64,000 nt of DNA, taken from NCBI GenBank assembly GCA_001661245.1, contig KV454012.1, forward strand, positions 1,012,848 through 1,076,847, read 5' to 3'. Positions within the stretch are counted from its first letter, which is position 1, and every line of letters begins with the position of its first letter. Below the pieces are notes generated by a model. That model did not search any database. It was not told where the DNA came from and was given only the letters and a program-made list of their open reading frames with translations. Below, one piece after another: positions 23,794 to 35,027 of the stretch. Source of the stretch: Pachysolen tannophilus NRRL Y-2460. Lineage: Eukaryota. A program made the translations under genes and the position numbers.

Positions 23794-25237
23794 TATATAT
23801 AGATGTATTAATTTTTTTTTTTTTTTCCCTTTTCAAAACTGGAAAAGATAAATTTTAAAATTTAAAGAGTTTTAATCATTTATATTTATAGATCTCGCCA
23901 AAATTAAGAAAAACAAAAGAAAGAAAAAAAAAAAAAAAAAAAGAAGTTATTCAAGAGGATGAAGATATCTTTCAACTTTTTAAAGCCCATGATAGCCTTT
24001 TTCTCTCAACTAGACATTGCTTTTTCTAAAGAAAATAAAACGCTATATAACTCGCTTTAACTGCATATACCTGCATATATACGTAATTTGAGGCAGATTC
24101 AAGCTTTTTTCTTTTTTTCTTTTTTTTTTTCTATTCTTCACCAATTATACCGAATGCGTTGTGGGTAAAAAATAGTACTCAATAGTAAGTAAGTACTTAA
24201 GGAAAAAAAAAATCTTATATCTTATTCCGCCTTTCAATTTTTCAAATAAGGAGGTGTTTCTCGTTTTTCGTCTCTCGTCTTGTCTTTAATTTTTTCTTTA
24301 TTTCTTCAGCATATGCCAAAGTCATTTGATAAGATGATGACCAAATGAGATATTTTACAAAAAAAATTCCTAGTAGCAAACTAAGTAAAATAAAATATTA
24401 TTATTTTTACATGATATTCATGTTTCTGCTTGCTCCCTGAGTTGTAAAAGTACTAATGAAAATTCTATTGTTTTTTTAATCAACAAAATTGAAGAAGCAT
24501 TTTTTTTGTACAGCCTCTCTTTAACAATATCTTCCATGCTTGTGATAGTTTTTTAAAATTTTCAAAAAAAAAATAATTTTTCCCTGCTTGGTTGAACTTT
24601 CAAATTAGGAAGTAAATCCTATAAGGTTAACGCATTGCATAACTTCAAAATGTGAAAATTTAGTGGTTTATCATGATTGATCAAGGGACGCATGAGGAAT
24701 AAGACGGAAGATTTCAAATGATTTATTTTTTTAGCTAATTATGATAATAGCTAGATATTATAATTATTTTAGTTATAATATAAAAAAACTTTTGAATTTC
24801 TTTAGAAAATTATCAATAAATAATTAACTATATGTTGTAAAATAGGAATATATTATTTCATTTGCAAGCAAAATCAATAAATCAGAAATGCTTAAAACTT
24901 TCTGTTTTTGTTTTGGCTCTTTGGATCACGTTTAGCGCCTGTAAAGAAAGAGGATGTGTTATTACACTTACTAAGCCTTCAATCCATATCCACGACTGCT
25001 CTTCTTTAGTAGGCTTATTATGTATATTTATATACATATGTATATAAATATAAATATATAAATATATATAAATATAACTGTGCTTTTACATATTCGGACT
25101 TAATATCGTTTTTCGCTATTGAATGTACGTAATCGTTCAGGGTGTACATACATTTTATTTTAAACTAGGTATTTGACCCGAAATATGTAATATGCAGGAA
25201 TTGAATTGAAAAAACCTCTCTTAAAAGGTTATTCTAA

Positions 25238-25275
<38 letters not shown>

Positions 25276-25284
25276 AATTTCTTG

Positions 25285-26634
25285 TTAATTTGAGGGTAGT
25301 TTTTCATCTATTGTTAATATAGCTCTTCTTTTCCAACGTCTTGTTCTAGTATATTTTGTTATACTATCTTCTGGACTTGGATATTTCCAATAATTATCGT
25401 AATATAACCAACCATCACCTACTTTAGTTCTACTAAAATTTCGATCAACCATCCAATTTGGTTGTAACCATTTCCAAGTATAAATAATGGTTGATGGATC
25501 TGGACTTTGAGGAAATTCAAAAGTAGTTGGAGATTTACATGATATTAAATTTTCACTTGTAAAATTTGCACGATCATAAGGAAATAAATATGTTGACCAA
25601 CCAATTCCAATCCATCTTCTTTGATTTTCTAAAATTTCAAATTCAACTATTTTTGAATTTTTTTCAATAGAAATTATTTTAAAATCCAATTTTTTTTCAA
25701 AATTATTTATATCTTGTGATTTTTTTGATTGTAAATCATAATGATTTTGTTGTGAAGTATAAAGATTAATATCTAATCCTGATAATAAACAAATAATTTT
25801 TCTAGTATAAATACTTCTCCATAAAAGACTTCTTGTAGCAATAGCCCAATCTGAATGGAAAGTTAAACAAAAAACTGTTATTAATATAACCATACTTTTA
25901 AGGCTTATCAGATAATATAAGAGTAACCAATATAATGGTGTTAAAAGTAAAATCAAAAAAATTACTCTTATTAAATCCAGTTTTGTATAATTTTTCAAAA
26001 AATGTGCTGATGATACCAAGATTTCAAATCTAGTAGATATATTTGATAAAGTGTACAAGATTTCCTCAATTGTGGGCACATCATCATAATCATTATTATT
26101 ATTATTATTATTGTTATTTTGAAAATCCTGATCTTCTGAATCCTCTAAATCCGAACTCTCTTGTTTTTCCTCTTTTAAAACCTGTACCAAGTCATCGCTA
26201 TCCTCATCATCATTATCATCATCAGTTTCATTTCCAGTTTCAATTCCACTGCTTGGTAATCGATAATCATAATTTTTACTTTTAGTTTCAATTAATATCG
26301 ATTGTACTGACCAAGTAATACAAGAAAATATGAAAACAATTAATAATGGTAATAAATAAATACTGAAAAATTCCCATTTAACAATAACTAATACAATTGC
26401 TGTCATACATAAAAAATTATAATATGGATCATCATTTGTCCAAGTAATAAAAGATAAAATATTATCCAAGACAAGTAAGTATGGGAAACTATGACTCAAA
26501 GTTGTTGTAATTATAGGAGATGTACTAGATAATAATGGCATTTTTGAATTTAAATCGTTAATGTATGTAGGTGTAAATTTTGCTCTATGTGTATGTCTGG
26601 TATCAATGGCTATTTGTGAGCCACTTTTGGACAT
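25285..26634 (-). CDS. PEX32: Pex23-family peroxin with a dysferlin domain (Pex32-like)
   Basis: Hydrophobic hairpins (FPYLLVLDNILSFITWTNDD), ENQRRWIGIGW, GWLYYDNYW and TRTRRWKRR. Subfamily assignment is tentative. Confidence 0.7.
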   Translation of the reverse strand: MSKSGSQIAIDTRHTHRAKFTPTYINDLNSKMPLLSSTSPIITTTLSHSFPYLLVLDNILSFITWTNDDPYYNFLCMTAIVLVIVKWEFFSIYLLPLLIVFIFSCITWSVQSILIETKSKNYDYRLPSSGIETGNETDDDNDDEDSDDLVQVLKEEKQESSDLEDSEDQDFQNNNNNNNNNDYDDVPTIEEILYTLSNISTRFEILVSSAHFLKNYTKLDLIRVIFLILLLTPLYWLLLYYLISLKSMVILITVFCLTFHSDWAIATRSLLWRSIYTRKIICLLSGLDINLYTSQQNHYDLQSKKSQDINNFEKKLDFKIISIEKNSKIVEFEILENQRRWIGIGWSTYLFPYDRANFTSENLISCKSPTTFEFPQSPDPSTIIYTWKWLQPNWMVDRNFSRTKVGDGWLYYDNYWKYPSPEDSITKYTRTRRWKRRAILTIDEKLPSN

Positions 26635-27016
26635 AATACAACAAAAAAAAAAAATTAAAAAAAATTACTCCCACCTTATTTCAAAATTATTTCAATTCTT
26701 CAAGATTTATTTTTTTTGTTTCAAGATCTTACTCCAAATAAAAAAAACACCAACAACCAATAATGATTAATTTTAAAGTAAAATAATGAGCTAATCTATA
26801 TAGTAAAAGTAGTATAAAACAATTTATAATTTATTAAAAGAAAAAATTAAGAAAAACCAAAACCAAGGTCGTGCGCATAAACACAAAAAAAATTCTCAAT
26901 GGCAAAATTATTTAGTTCAAATTGAACAGCTTTTTAAGTAAAGTAAAGAAGAATAATTGATTTTTTAAAAAAGAAACAAAAGGAAAACCAAGATAAATTT
27001 AATAAATTAATAAAAA

Positions 27017-27495
27017 ATGTCTTCAAATGAGGATCAATCACAACAGATACAGCTGCAACAACAACAACAACCGTCTGATGCTCTGAAAACAGATGATACA
27101 AAAGTTTTCAAGACTTTAGAAGAAGACGATGAATTTGAAGATTTCCCAGCAGAAGGTATGTTTTATCTTTTTTTTTATATATAAAAAATACTACTATTAT
27201 TAATACTAGATTTACTAACAAACAATAATTTGGGAATCAATTTTTTTTTTTTGGATTTAGATTGGAAAGATGATCAAACAATAGGCGCTGAAAAACGAGA
27301 CCATTTATGGGATGAAAGTTGGGATGATAACGATAACGATGATGACTTTACCCAAAGATTGAAGTAAGTATTACTTCAAGTAATATATATATATATAGTT
27401 ATACAAAAAAAATTACAATTTACTAACAAATACCTCTAATTTTTCTTTTTCTTTTGCTTTTATATAGAGATGAGTTGAAAAAACATGCTAAATAG
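27017..27495 (+). CDS. SEM1: Sem1/DSS1 proteasome lid subunit, 3 exons (absent from ORF track)
   Basis: Exons 27017-27155, 27261-27363 and 27468-27495. Introns GTATGT and GTAAGT...TACTAAC...TAG. 89 aa with LEEDDEFEDFPAEDW...LWDESWDD...DDFTQRLKDEL. Confidence 0.95.
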
Positions 27496-27828
27496 ATGAA
27501 TAAAAACGTAATGCTATCACAACCATACCTTGTAGTCTTTGTCTTTTGTCTTCTTGTCTTTGTCTTTTGTATTTATATTTGCTTGCTTAGAAAAGGGGCG
27601 GTAATTTTGTTTTTATATTTTTTTTTTTTTTTTTAATTTTTTTTTAATTTTTTATTGTAAGTAAAAAAAATGTAAACAAAAGTTTTCTTTTTAACATTGA
27701 TATTTGTTACAACTCATAAAAAGGCAATATTTATTAAGTCATCGAGCCCACATAGAAATAGAGATCGGTCAACAGTAGGAGATTGCTGAATATATTAGAA
27801 GGGCCAGTCTATATTTTAGGGGGTTAAT

Positions 27829-30800
27829 ATGTCGAGTGATAGCCGTAGTATGAAGAGTATTAGTGATGGAAAGATAAATACTCGAAAAAGGTCATTACAT
27901 TCTCCATCAACAAATCGGTATAATAATCATGATGGTGATGGCGGGAATCATAATGAGAGTTTGTTGTTTTCTTCAGTGTCAACACCAAAATTGAATAAGT
28001 CTAATGGTAATGGTGGGTTTTCAATTCCATGGAATTTTGCTCTGACGCTGTCACTGAAACTGTCGCTGAAACTGTCGCTGAAACTGACGCTGAAACTGAC
28101 GCTGAAACTGACTGTGAAACTGACAGTGGCGCGTTCTACATTGGCGCTGGGACAAGTTGGTCAACTGAGTTTGATGCCACTGCCTTCAGCTTCAATTAGA
28201 AATAATACAAAGAAGAAAGTGGCGTTGACAAGAAGTGCAGGGTTATTAAACTTGTCAATAGAAAATGAAAATGAAACAAATAGTGGTGGTAATGATAGTA
28301 ATAATAATAAGGATGATGACGATGACGATGACGAGGATGAGGATGAGGATAATGATAACGACTTTAATGCAAATGGCGTTACAAAATCTTTCAATGACTT
28401 GAATTTTGATTCAGAAGATATGATGATTGTGGAAAACCTGTCAGAGATAAAGGAAAATATTGAAAATATTGAAAATGTACCTTATACAAATAGATTAAAA
28501 AGATCATTAACAAGTTCATCTTCTTCTTCATCATCACCTCAAACTGCACCAATCTCATCATCTTCACCTTTTGTTAATCATAATCATAATCATCTTGGAA
28601 TTGTTGAAAAACAAACATCAATGGAAAGTCCTTTCAGCAATTTTACACAACCTTTACATTTTTTACAACAAAAAATAAAAAAATTAATGGAGATTTAATA
28701 CCTCCTCCACCTCCAACATCAAATAGTAAAACTTCTTCATCACCAAATGACTCACCTTCAAAACCAGCAAGACAAAAACCAAAATATGATTCCTCATCAA
28801 GTTCAATTGTTGCATCACATATTTTTAAATCAAATAATCCACAATATAGTAGTAGTACTCCATTAACAGATTCTACTAAAAGAAATAATTTTATAACTCC
28901 AAATTCTTTTAAATCTGTTAAACCATTACAAACTGCATTCATGTCATCAGGATTATTAAGTAAGAAAACAGCTAGTGTCAACTCTTCTTCTTCATCTTTA
29001 ATGCCGGAAACTCCATGTAAAAGACCGTCACACATGTTAGTGGATCCAAATGGTTCATTTGCACATCATTCAAGTGGTGTTGGTGCAAGTGGTGGTACAA
29101 ATGGTACTGGTAACCTATCCAGTTTAGCAACTTCAGTAATTAATGCTCAAGATTCATCACCTGCTACAACTCAATATCATACACCAAGTGAAAGTAATAC
29201 ACCAACAAGTACAAATAATATTGGAAGTGGTAATTCTAGTAGGCATAATAGAACTGGAAGTGGTAAATTTAGTATTTCAAGCAGTGGAAGGAAAACTTCT
29301 AAAAGTGATAGAACTGTTAATACTTCAGATTTACAAAGTTGTATATTAAGATTTACCAACGAATTTGATGATTTTTACGATTATGAAAGTGGGAATAGAA
29401 ATCCACAAAGCTCAGATGTCACTAACAGAGGAAGTATATTTGAAGAAGTATCTAAAGATTTTGATATTAAGGATTTGGATGTTGATTATGGTATGGATAT
29501 TCCTGCAACCCCAACAAAATTAGGTATTACTACGGGAAATTCACAAGATTCTCCTTCTAGAAGATTAATTAGCTCCAGAAAATATCAAGGAGATAACCAT
29601 AATACTGAGGACAATAATAATAATAATAATAATGAAAATAATAATAATAAGTTACCTTTGTCAATGAAAAAAGTAACTATTTCACATATAGTAACAGATA
29701 TTAAAAACTTGCAATCCAATATGAATTTTAGACGTCCACAATCTTCAATAACTCCAAAGACACCCAGTGAACCTCAGTTTACAACGACTACTAGTTCTGC
29801 TGGTTCTACAACAAATATTTATGATAATTCGTTATTTTCCGCGGCAAGCTACAATTCCACAATGGATACTTCATATCAATTTCAACAACCTACTCCACAT
29901 CACAAACATGTTCCATCTTCTAATCCATCGTTAGTAGATGAACACTTAACTGCAAAATTTAAAAATGTACAATTAATTGGTTCTGGTGAATTTTCATTAG
30001 TTTTTTCAATGGAGTTTGAAGAAGTTAAATATGCAGTAAAAAGAACAAAACATCCATTATCAGGTCCAAAGACAAGATTGAGGAAATTAGAAGAAGTTGA
30101 AATTTTGAAAAAATTACAAGAAAATGAAATTAATGATTTTGAAGGGCATGAATATATTTTAAATTTCATCAATTGTTGGGAATTTAATTCAAATTTGTAT
30201 ATAATAACAGAATTTTGTGAAAATGGTTCATTAGATAAATTTTTAATTGAAAATGGGAAAATTTCAAAATTAGATGAATGGAGAGTTTGGAAAATTTTAA
30301 TAGAAATTTTAATTGGTTTAAAATTTATACATAGCAATGACATATTACATCTTGATTTAAAACCTGCTAATATTTTTATAACTTTTGAAGGTTCATTAAA
30401 AATTGGTGATTTTGGATTAGCAACAAAATTACCTATTCCACAATTTTTTGAAAGAGAAGGTGATAGAGAATACATTGCACCTGAAATCATATCGCATCAG
30501 CAATATGATAAACCAGCAGATATATTCAGTGTTGGGTTAATAATGGTTGAAATTGCAGCCAACATTATATTACCAGATAATGGACTGTCATGGCAAAAAT
30601 TACGAAGCGGAGATTTATCAGATGCAGGTAAATTAAGTTCGAGTGATTTAACAAATTATACTACAGGTACATCGTCATCTTTATTTAATCAAAATAGTTG
30701 TACTACAAGTGATCCATCTTCGTATTCATCATATTCTGATCCACTGGATCATTTTAAAAATACAAATAATAATTTGTTATCTGTTAAACCCAATAAGAAT

Positions 30801-31202
30801 GTCAATAGTGCTCCAACATGGACTCCTCCTTTCCTTATTGATGGTAAAGGCACATTAGACAGTTTAGTACATTGGATGATTCATCCAAATCCAGATTATA
30901 GACCATCTGCTGAACAAATCTTGAACACTTTTGAGTGTCAATTAGTCGAGATAAGAAGGAAATGTGGATCTGTTATTTACGAAGGTGATTTTGGTCCGGA
31001 ACCAGATGAAAATGATTTGATTAATGAAAACGCAATAGCTAAACCAAAGATCCTCGATATCAGTTGTACAAAATACGTTCTCTCAAATTCTAGTGTGAAG
31101 AGAAATAATAACAAAAACAACAACAATTTTGAAATCAAGGTTGGTGATTCGAAATCAAATGATACTTTGAAAAAAGATGGTATCGATATGTTGCTCGACT
31201 AA
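27829..31202 (+). CDS. SWE1: Wee1-family kinase, split by a -1 frame break at 28608-28698
   Basis: ORF 27829-28698 overlaps a frame open from 28608 that contains FKSVKPLQTAFMSSGLLSK and the kinase domain (IGSGEFS, HLDLKPANI, KIGDFG, EGDREYIAPE, WQKLRSGDLSD). Confidence 0.88.
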
Positions 31203-31603
31203 TTTTTAACCCATTTTTTCTTTCCAGATTATGGATCTATTATGTATATTTTTTATTATTTTTTTTTTTTCTTTCTTTACTTCTTTATACATCTTTTATT
31301 TTTCTTTTTTTTTTTGTTTGTTTGACCTATCTACGTTGTAATATTAGGACAAGAAGTTGGAATTAATCAATAAACAAAATTAAATATAATCAATCATCTT
31401 ATCATCAACAAGTTTTGATAGTAAATTTTGATAGCAAATTACAAATACCAAAAAACACAGTCGTGTGTTAACACCAAAAATGAAGGTTTGAGGTTAGAAA
31501 ACCGGGGAATAAATGGATTTATAATAAACCATTTATTTATAAGTAATTTATTGTTTAATTGAAGTAAAAATTTGATCCATCAGAGTCTGTAGTTGAATCA
31601 TCT

Positions 31604-32305
31604 ATGAAAGCTATGTTACCGGGAATATTAGGTAAATCGGTTTTGAGATCGATTGGTTTAAGTAATGGTTATGGCCGCCGTTGTATTTCGACTACTTTGT
31701 TGAAATTTAAGCCTGCGGTAAGTTCATCATCTATGGCATTGGCTGGTGGTACTGAGCAATCAGTTCCTCCTCAAGGTTACCGTGTTTCAAGACCTAAGAC
31801 ATGGGAGGAATCAAGCGAGTCTGCTCTTTCGAAAGCTACAAAATGGTATTTATTGGCAGAGATGTTTAGAGGAATGTACATTGTTTTGGAAATGTTTTTC
31901 AGAGCACCTTATACTATTTATTATCCTTTTGAAAAAGGTCCACTTTCTCCCAGGTTTAGAGGTGAACATGCCTTAAGAAGGTATCCTTCTGGTGATGAGA
32001 GATGTATTGCATGCAAGCTCTGTGAAGCTGTTTGCCCTGCACAAGCAATCACAATTGAAGCTGAAGAAAGAGCAGATGGAGCTAGAAGAACATACAAATA
32101 CGATATCGATATGACCAAATGCATTTACTGCGGTTACTGTCAAGAATCTTGTCCCGTTGATGCCATTGTTGAAACTCCAAACTCTGAATACGCTACAGAG
32201 ACAAGAGAAGAACTTATCTATAATAAGGAGAAATTGTTGGCCAATGGTGATAAATGGGAACAAGAAATCCAATACACCCTTGAAGCAGACACTCCTTATA
32301 GATAA
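31604..32305 (+). CDS. Complex I 23-kDa TYKY subunit (NDUFS8/NuoI)
   Basis: [21 protein letters not shown] and two 4Fe-4S motifs, [12 protein letters not shown] and [12 protein letters not shown]. Confidence 0.97.
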   Translation: MKAMLPGILGKSVLRSIGLSNGYGRRCISTTLLKFKPAVSSSSMALAGGTEQSVPPQGYRVSRPKTWEESSESALSKATKWYLLAEMFRGMYIVLEMFFRAPYTIYYPFEKGPLSPRFRGEHALRRYPSGDERCIACKLCEAVCPAQAITIEAEERADGARRTYKYDIDMTKCIYCGYCQESCPVDAIVETPNSEYATETREELIYNKEKLLANGDKWEQEIQYTLEADTPYR

Positions 32306-32389
32306 AGCTCATCTCAAGACTTGATCTAGCTTTTCAAATTCTTATTCCTCCTCCCAAGATATTACCAAGATAGTTACTTAGTTACTCAT

Positions 32390-32438
32390 TTTTATTTATT
32401 ATTTATTTATTTACTTATTTATTTATTTATTTATTTAT
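32390..32438. repeat. (TTTA)n microsatellite
   Basis: About 12 near-perfect TTTA units 3' of the TYKY gene. Confidence 0.8.
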
Positions 32439-33032
32439 TCTCCTACTATTTATTCACTTAGTTATTATTATTTACCACTATTTATCTATATAGGTTACTG
32501 AATAACATGGCTTTAAACCCAAAAAAAAAACACCTTGCCATCTCTATACCTTAATGTATTTTTAAGCTTCTTCTTATTCTTCTGCTTCATGTTCTCCTGA
32601 GAGATACTTCCCAGTTTGGAAAAATTACAAAAAGGTGAAAAAGAAAAAACCAGCTGCCCAAAAAAATAAAAACGAAAAAAATTAGTGATATTCAAATAAA
32701 AAGAAGATAAGACAGTTTGATTTATCTATATAGGGTGATTTGAGTTAGTGATTAGATCTGTTAGGTCTTATTAGGGTACAGATATATATTGTTGGAAATT
32801 CATGTTAAAAAAAATTGCGACTATCACGCTTTAAATCAGTTAAAACACAGGGTTTAAATTAATAGTATATTTTTAGAAACTATCAAAGTTCAAATTAACA
32901 AAACAAGTTTCATACACTTGAATAACCATAAGTTTTCACTTATTTCTAATATAGGTTTTGGATTATATTTATTACGGTGGATATTGGTTCAAAGACGGAG
33001 AAAATAAGGGGAGAGAAGAAATATCAAGTGAG

Positions 33033-34346
33033 ATGAAAATGGATTCGGTGAATAATAGTGATGAAATTACAACATCACTAAGTAATACACAACAGCGCGA
33101 CGGTAACAACATTTTTCTTCGAGCATCTCCTAAAAAACCAAGGAATATGAAGAATTTGTCTTTGGATTTGTCAAACTCTTTACAAGGACAGATGAATGTT
33201 GATAAAAATCCAATCACAGATAACATTAATAATGGTACTATCAGTACTGGTAGTACTGGTAGTACCATTAGTAATAATAATAATAATAGTAACACGACTC
33301 AGCAAACTACAGATAGTACGACTCAGGGTACAGCGGCAACGGTGCCTGTTGCTGGTGTTACATCCAAGCCATTGTTGCCCACGTCAATCACAAATTCAGA
33401 AACTAATTTTAATTTACCGTTTAGGCACCCGTCGTTATCAAAACCTGCGAAAGCAGCTGCAGGTTCATGTTTGAAACGAACCACCACATTAGCATTGACG
33501 ATGCCAGAATTTTCAGTTTCCAAAACAGAGAGAAAACCAATGCAACGTAGGACAAGCACGCCAGTGACCACGTCTTCATCTTTTAATACCTCTGCTTCTT
33601 CTATGCTTCCAACAACACCGGTAACTTTTTATTCTTCTTCTATGGAAAATAATTTATCCAAGGAAGAATATCATGAGCAAACAATAGTTCAATCATTTAA
33701 TAATATTAATATAGGAGATATATCAGATGAAGAATTTCATATAAGAGGAGCTTATCCAAATGGTCCTTCATGTGTTTTGGAACCAAATTTATTTTTATAC
33801 TCGGAACCATCATTGGAACAAATTTTACAATTTGATGTAGTGATAAATGTTGCAAAGGAAATTAGAGATTATTCAAATGAAATACCAACAACACTGGGAG
33901 ATAAGAAATTGGCATATTATTTTGTGCCCTGGACTCATACTTCGAAATTATGTCCTGATCTTCCTCATTTAACAAGTATTATCGAAGATAGTTTAGAACA
34001 AAATAAAAAAATTTTAATACATTGCCAATGTGGTGTGTCACGCTCTGCTTCCTTGGTGGTGGCATATTTCATGAAGGCAAACCATCTCAATTTAAATGAT
34101 GCATATAACGAAGTCAAATCCCGAGCTCCTTCAATATCACCAAACATGTCATTAATCTTCCAACTAATGGAATGGGATGAAGTCCTCCACAAGAGAAAAT
34201 CATCGGTAACAAGTTATAATAGCAACCTCACTTCCCCAGCATCAAGCAGCTTGGGAAATAGCGAATTTAACGGCAGTAGTAGTGCAATATCTCTGCTCTT
34301 AAACAATAATACAAGAAGTATTGAAGCAATTCATTCCCCAATATAG
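33033..34346 (+). CDS. MSG5: Dual-specificity MAPK phosphatase, Msg5/Sdp1/Cpp1-like
   Basis: AYPNGP, FLYSEP, VINVAKE, HCQCGVSRSAS and ISPNMSLIFQL. First in-frame ATG is at 33033. Confidence 0.88.
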   Translation: MKMDSVNNSDEITTSLSNTQQRDGNNIFLRASPKKPRNMKNLSLDLSNSLQGQMNVDKNPITDNINNGTISTGSTGSTISNNNNNSNTTQQTTDSTTQGTAATVPVAGVTSKPLLPTSITNSETNFNLPFRHPSLSKPAKAAAGSCLKRTTTLALTMPEFSVSKTERKPMQRRTSTPVTTSSSFNTSASSMLPTTPVTFYSSSMENNLSKEEYHEQTIVQSFNNINIGDISDEEFHIRGAYPNGPSCVLEPNLFLYSEPSLEQILQFDVVINVAKEIRDYSNEIPTTLGDKKLAYYFVPWTHTSKLCPDLPHLTSIIEDSLEQNKKILIHCQCGVSRSASLVVAYFMKANHLNLNDAYNEVKSRAPSISPNMSLIFQLMEWDEVLHKRKSSVTSYNSNLTSPASSSLGNSEFNGSSSAISLLLNNNTRSIEAIHSPI

Positions 34347-34956
34347 AACATCAACCCCGAGCTTGAGCTGGGCTTGGCTCTCATACATGTGCCAGGAACA
34401 TTACTATAATTGCTAGAAATCGCTAACATCTCTTTCTGAAATTGCTTAAATCGCTGAAATTGTTTTGTTGACCTGTGTCTCATATATTTGTACAGTAACG
34501 GTATATCATGATATTCTTTTTCTTTTTTTTTCTTTTTTTTTTTTTTTTTTTTTTGCTAGAACGAGGTCCCACCATCAAGAGCATTTGGAGATTACTCTCC
34601 TCTTATTCACCAACCCAACCTCCTTTATTAATTCTCATATTTTCATATAGATGAACCTCAATACAGCTAATTAGCGGGAAATTATTGGTAGTGCACTAAA
34701 TATCACTAAAATTGTACTAGTTGAAAACTTCAACAAAAAAATAAACGTCTTTTAATAATAGTTAGTAAATAAATATAAACCGTAATCATTTTGTCTTTTT
34801 TTTAATAATTAAATAATCATTATAACTGTGTCATCCATTTGAATATTTGGTTTCATTTGGTGGTTTATTGACCTATATTTGGTTTCTATATGATTAGGTC
34901 TGGGTTTGTTTTGAGTTGAAAAAAAAAAAAAAAGAAAAAGTAGTTAATCGAATTTT

Positions 34957-34999
<43 letters not shown>

Positions 35000-35027
35000 A
35001 GAAAAAGTTTTAAGATAATCAATCATA

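Noticed and set aside
24334..24440. ATGATGA...CTGA pair upstream of NRG1
   Set aside because: No convincing guide of 10 nt or more that I could recognise, and no terminal stem. A snoscan run would settle it.
28042..28182. CUG-Ser reading of the genome
   Set aside because: It gives a plausible Ser-rich tract here, but the conserved RSM10 and TPI1 positions fit Ala better. Not fully excluded without alignments.
28029..28199. Overlapping 56-aa ORF MEFCSDAVTETVAETVAETDAETD... in another frame of the SWE1 repeat
   Set aside because: Best explained as a by-product of the 12-nt repeat. The main frame is continuous through this region.
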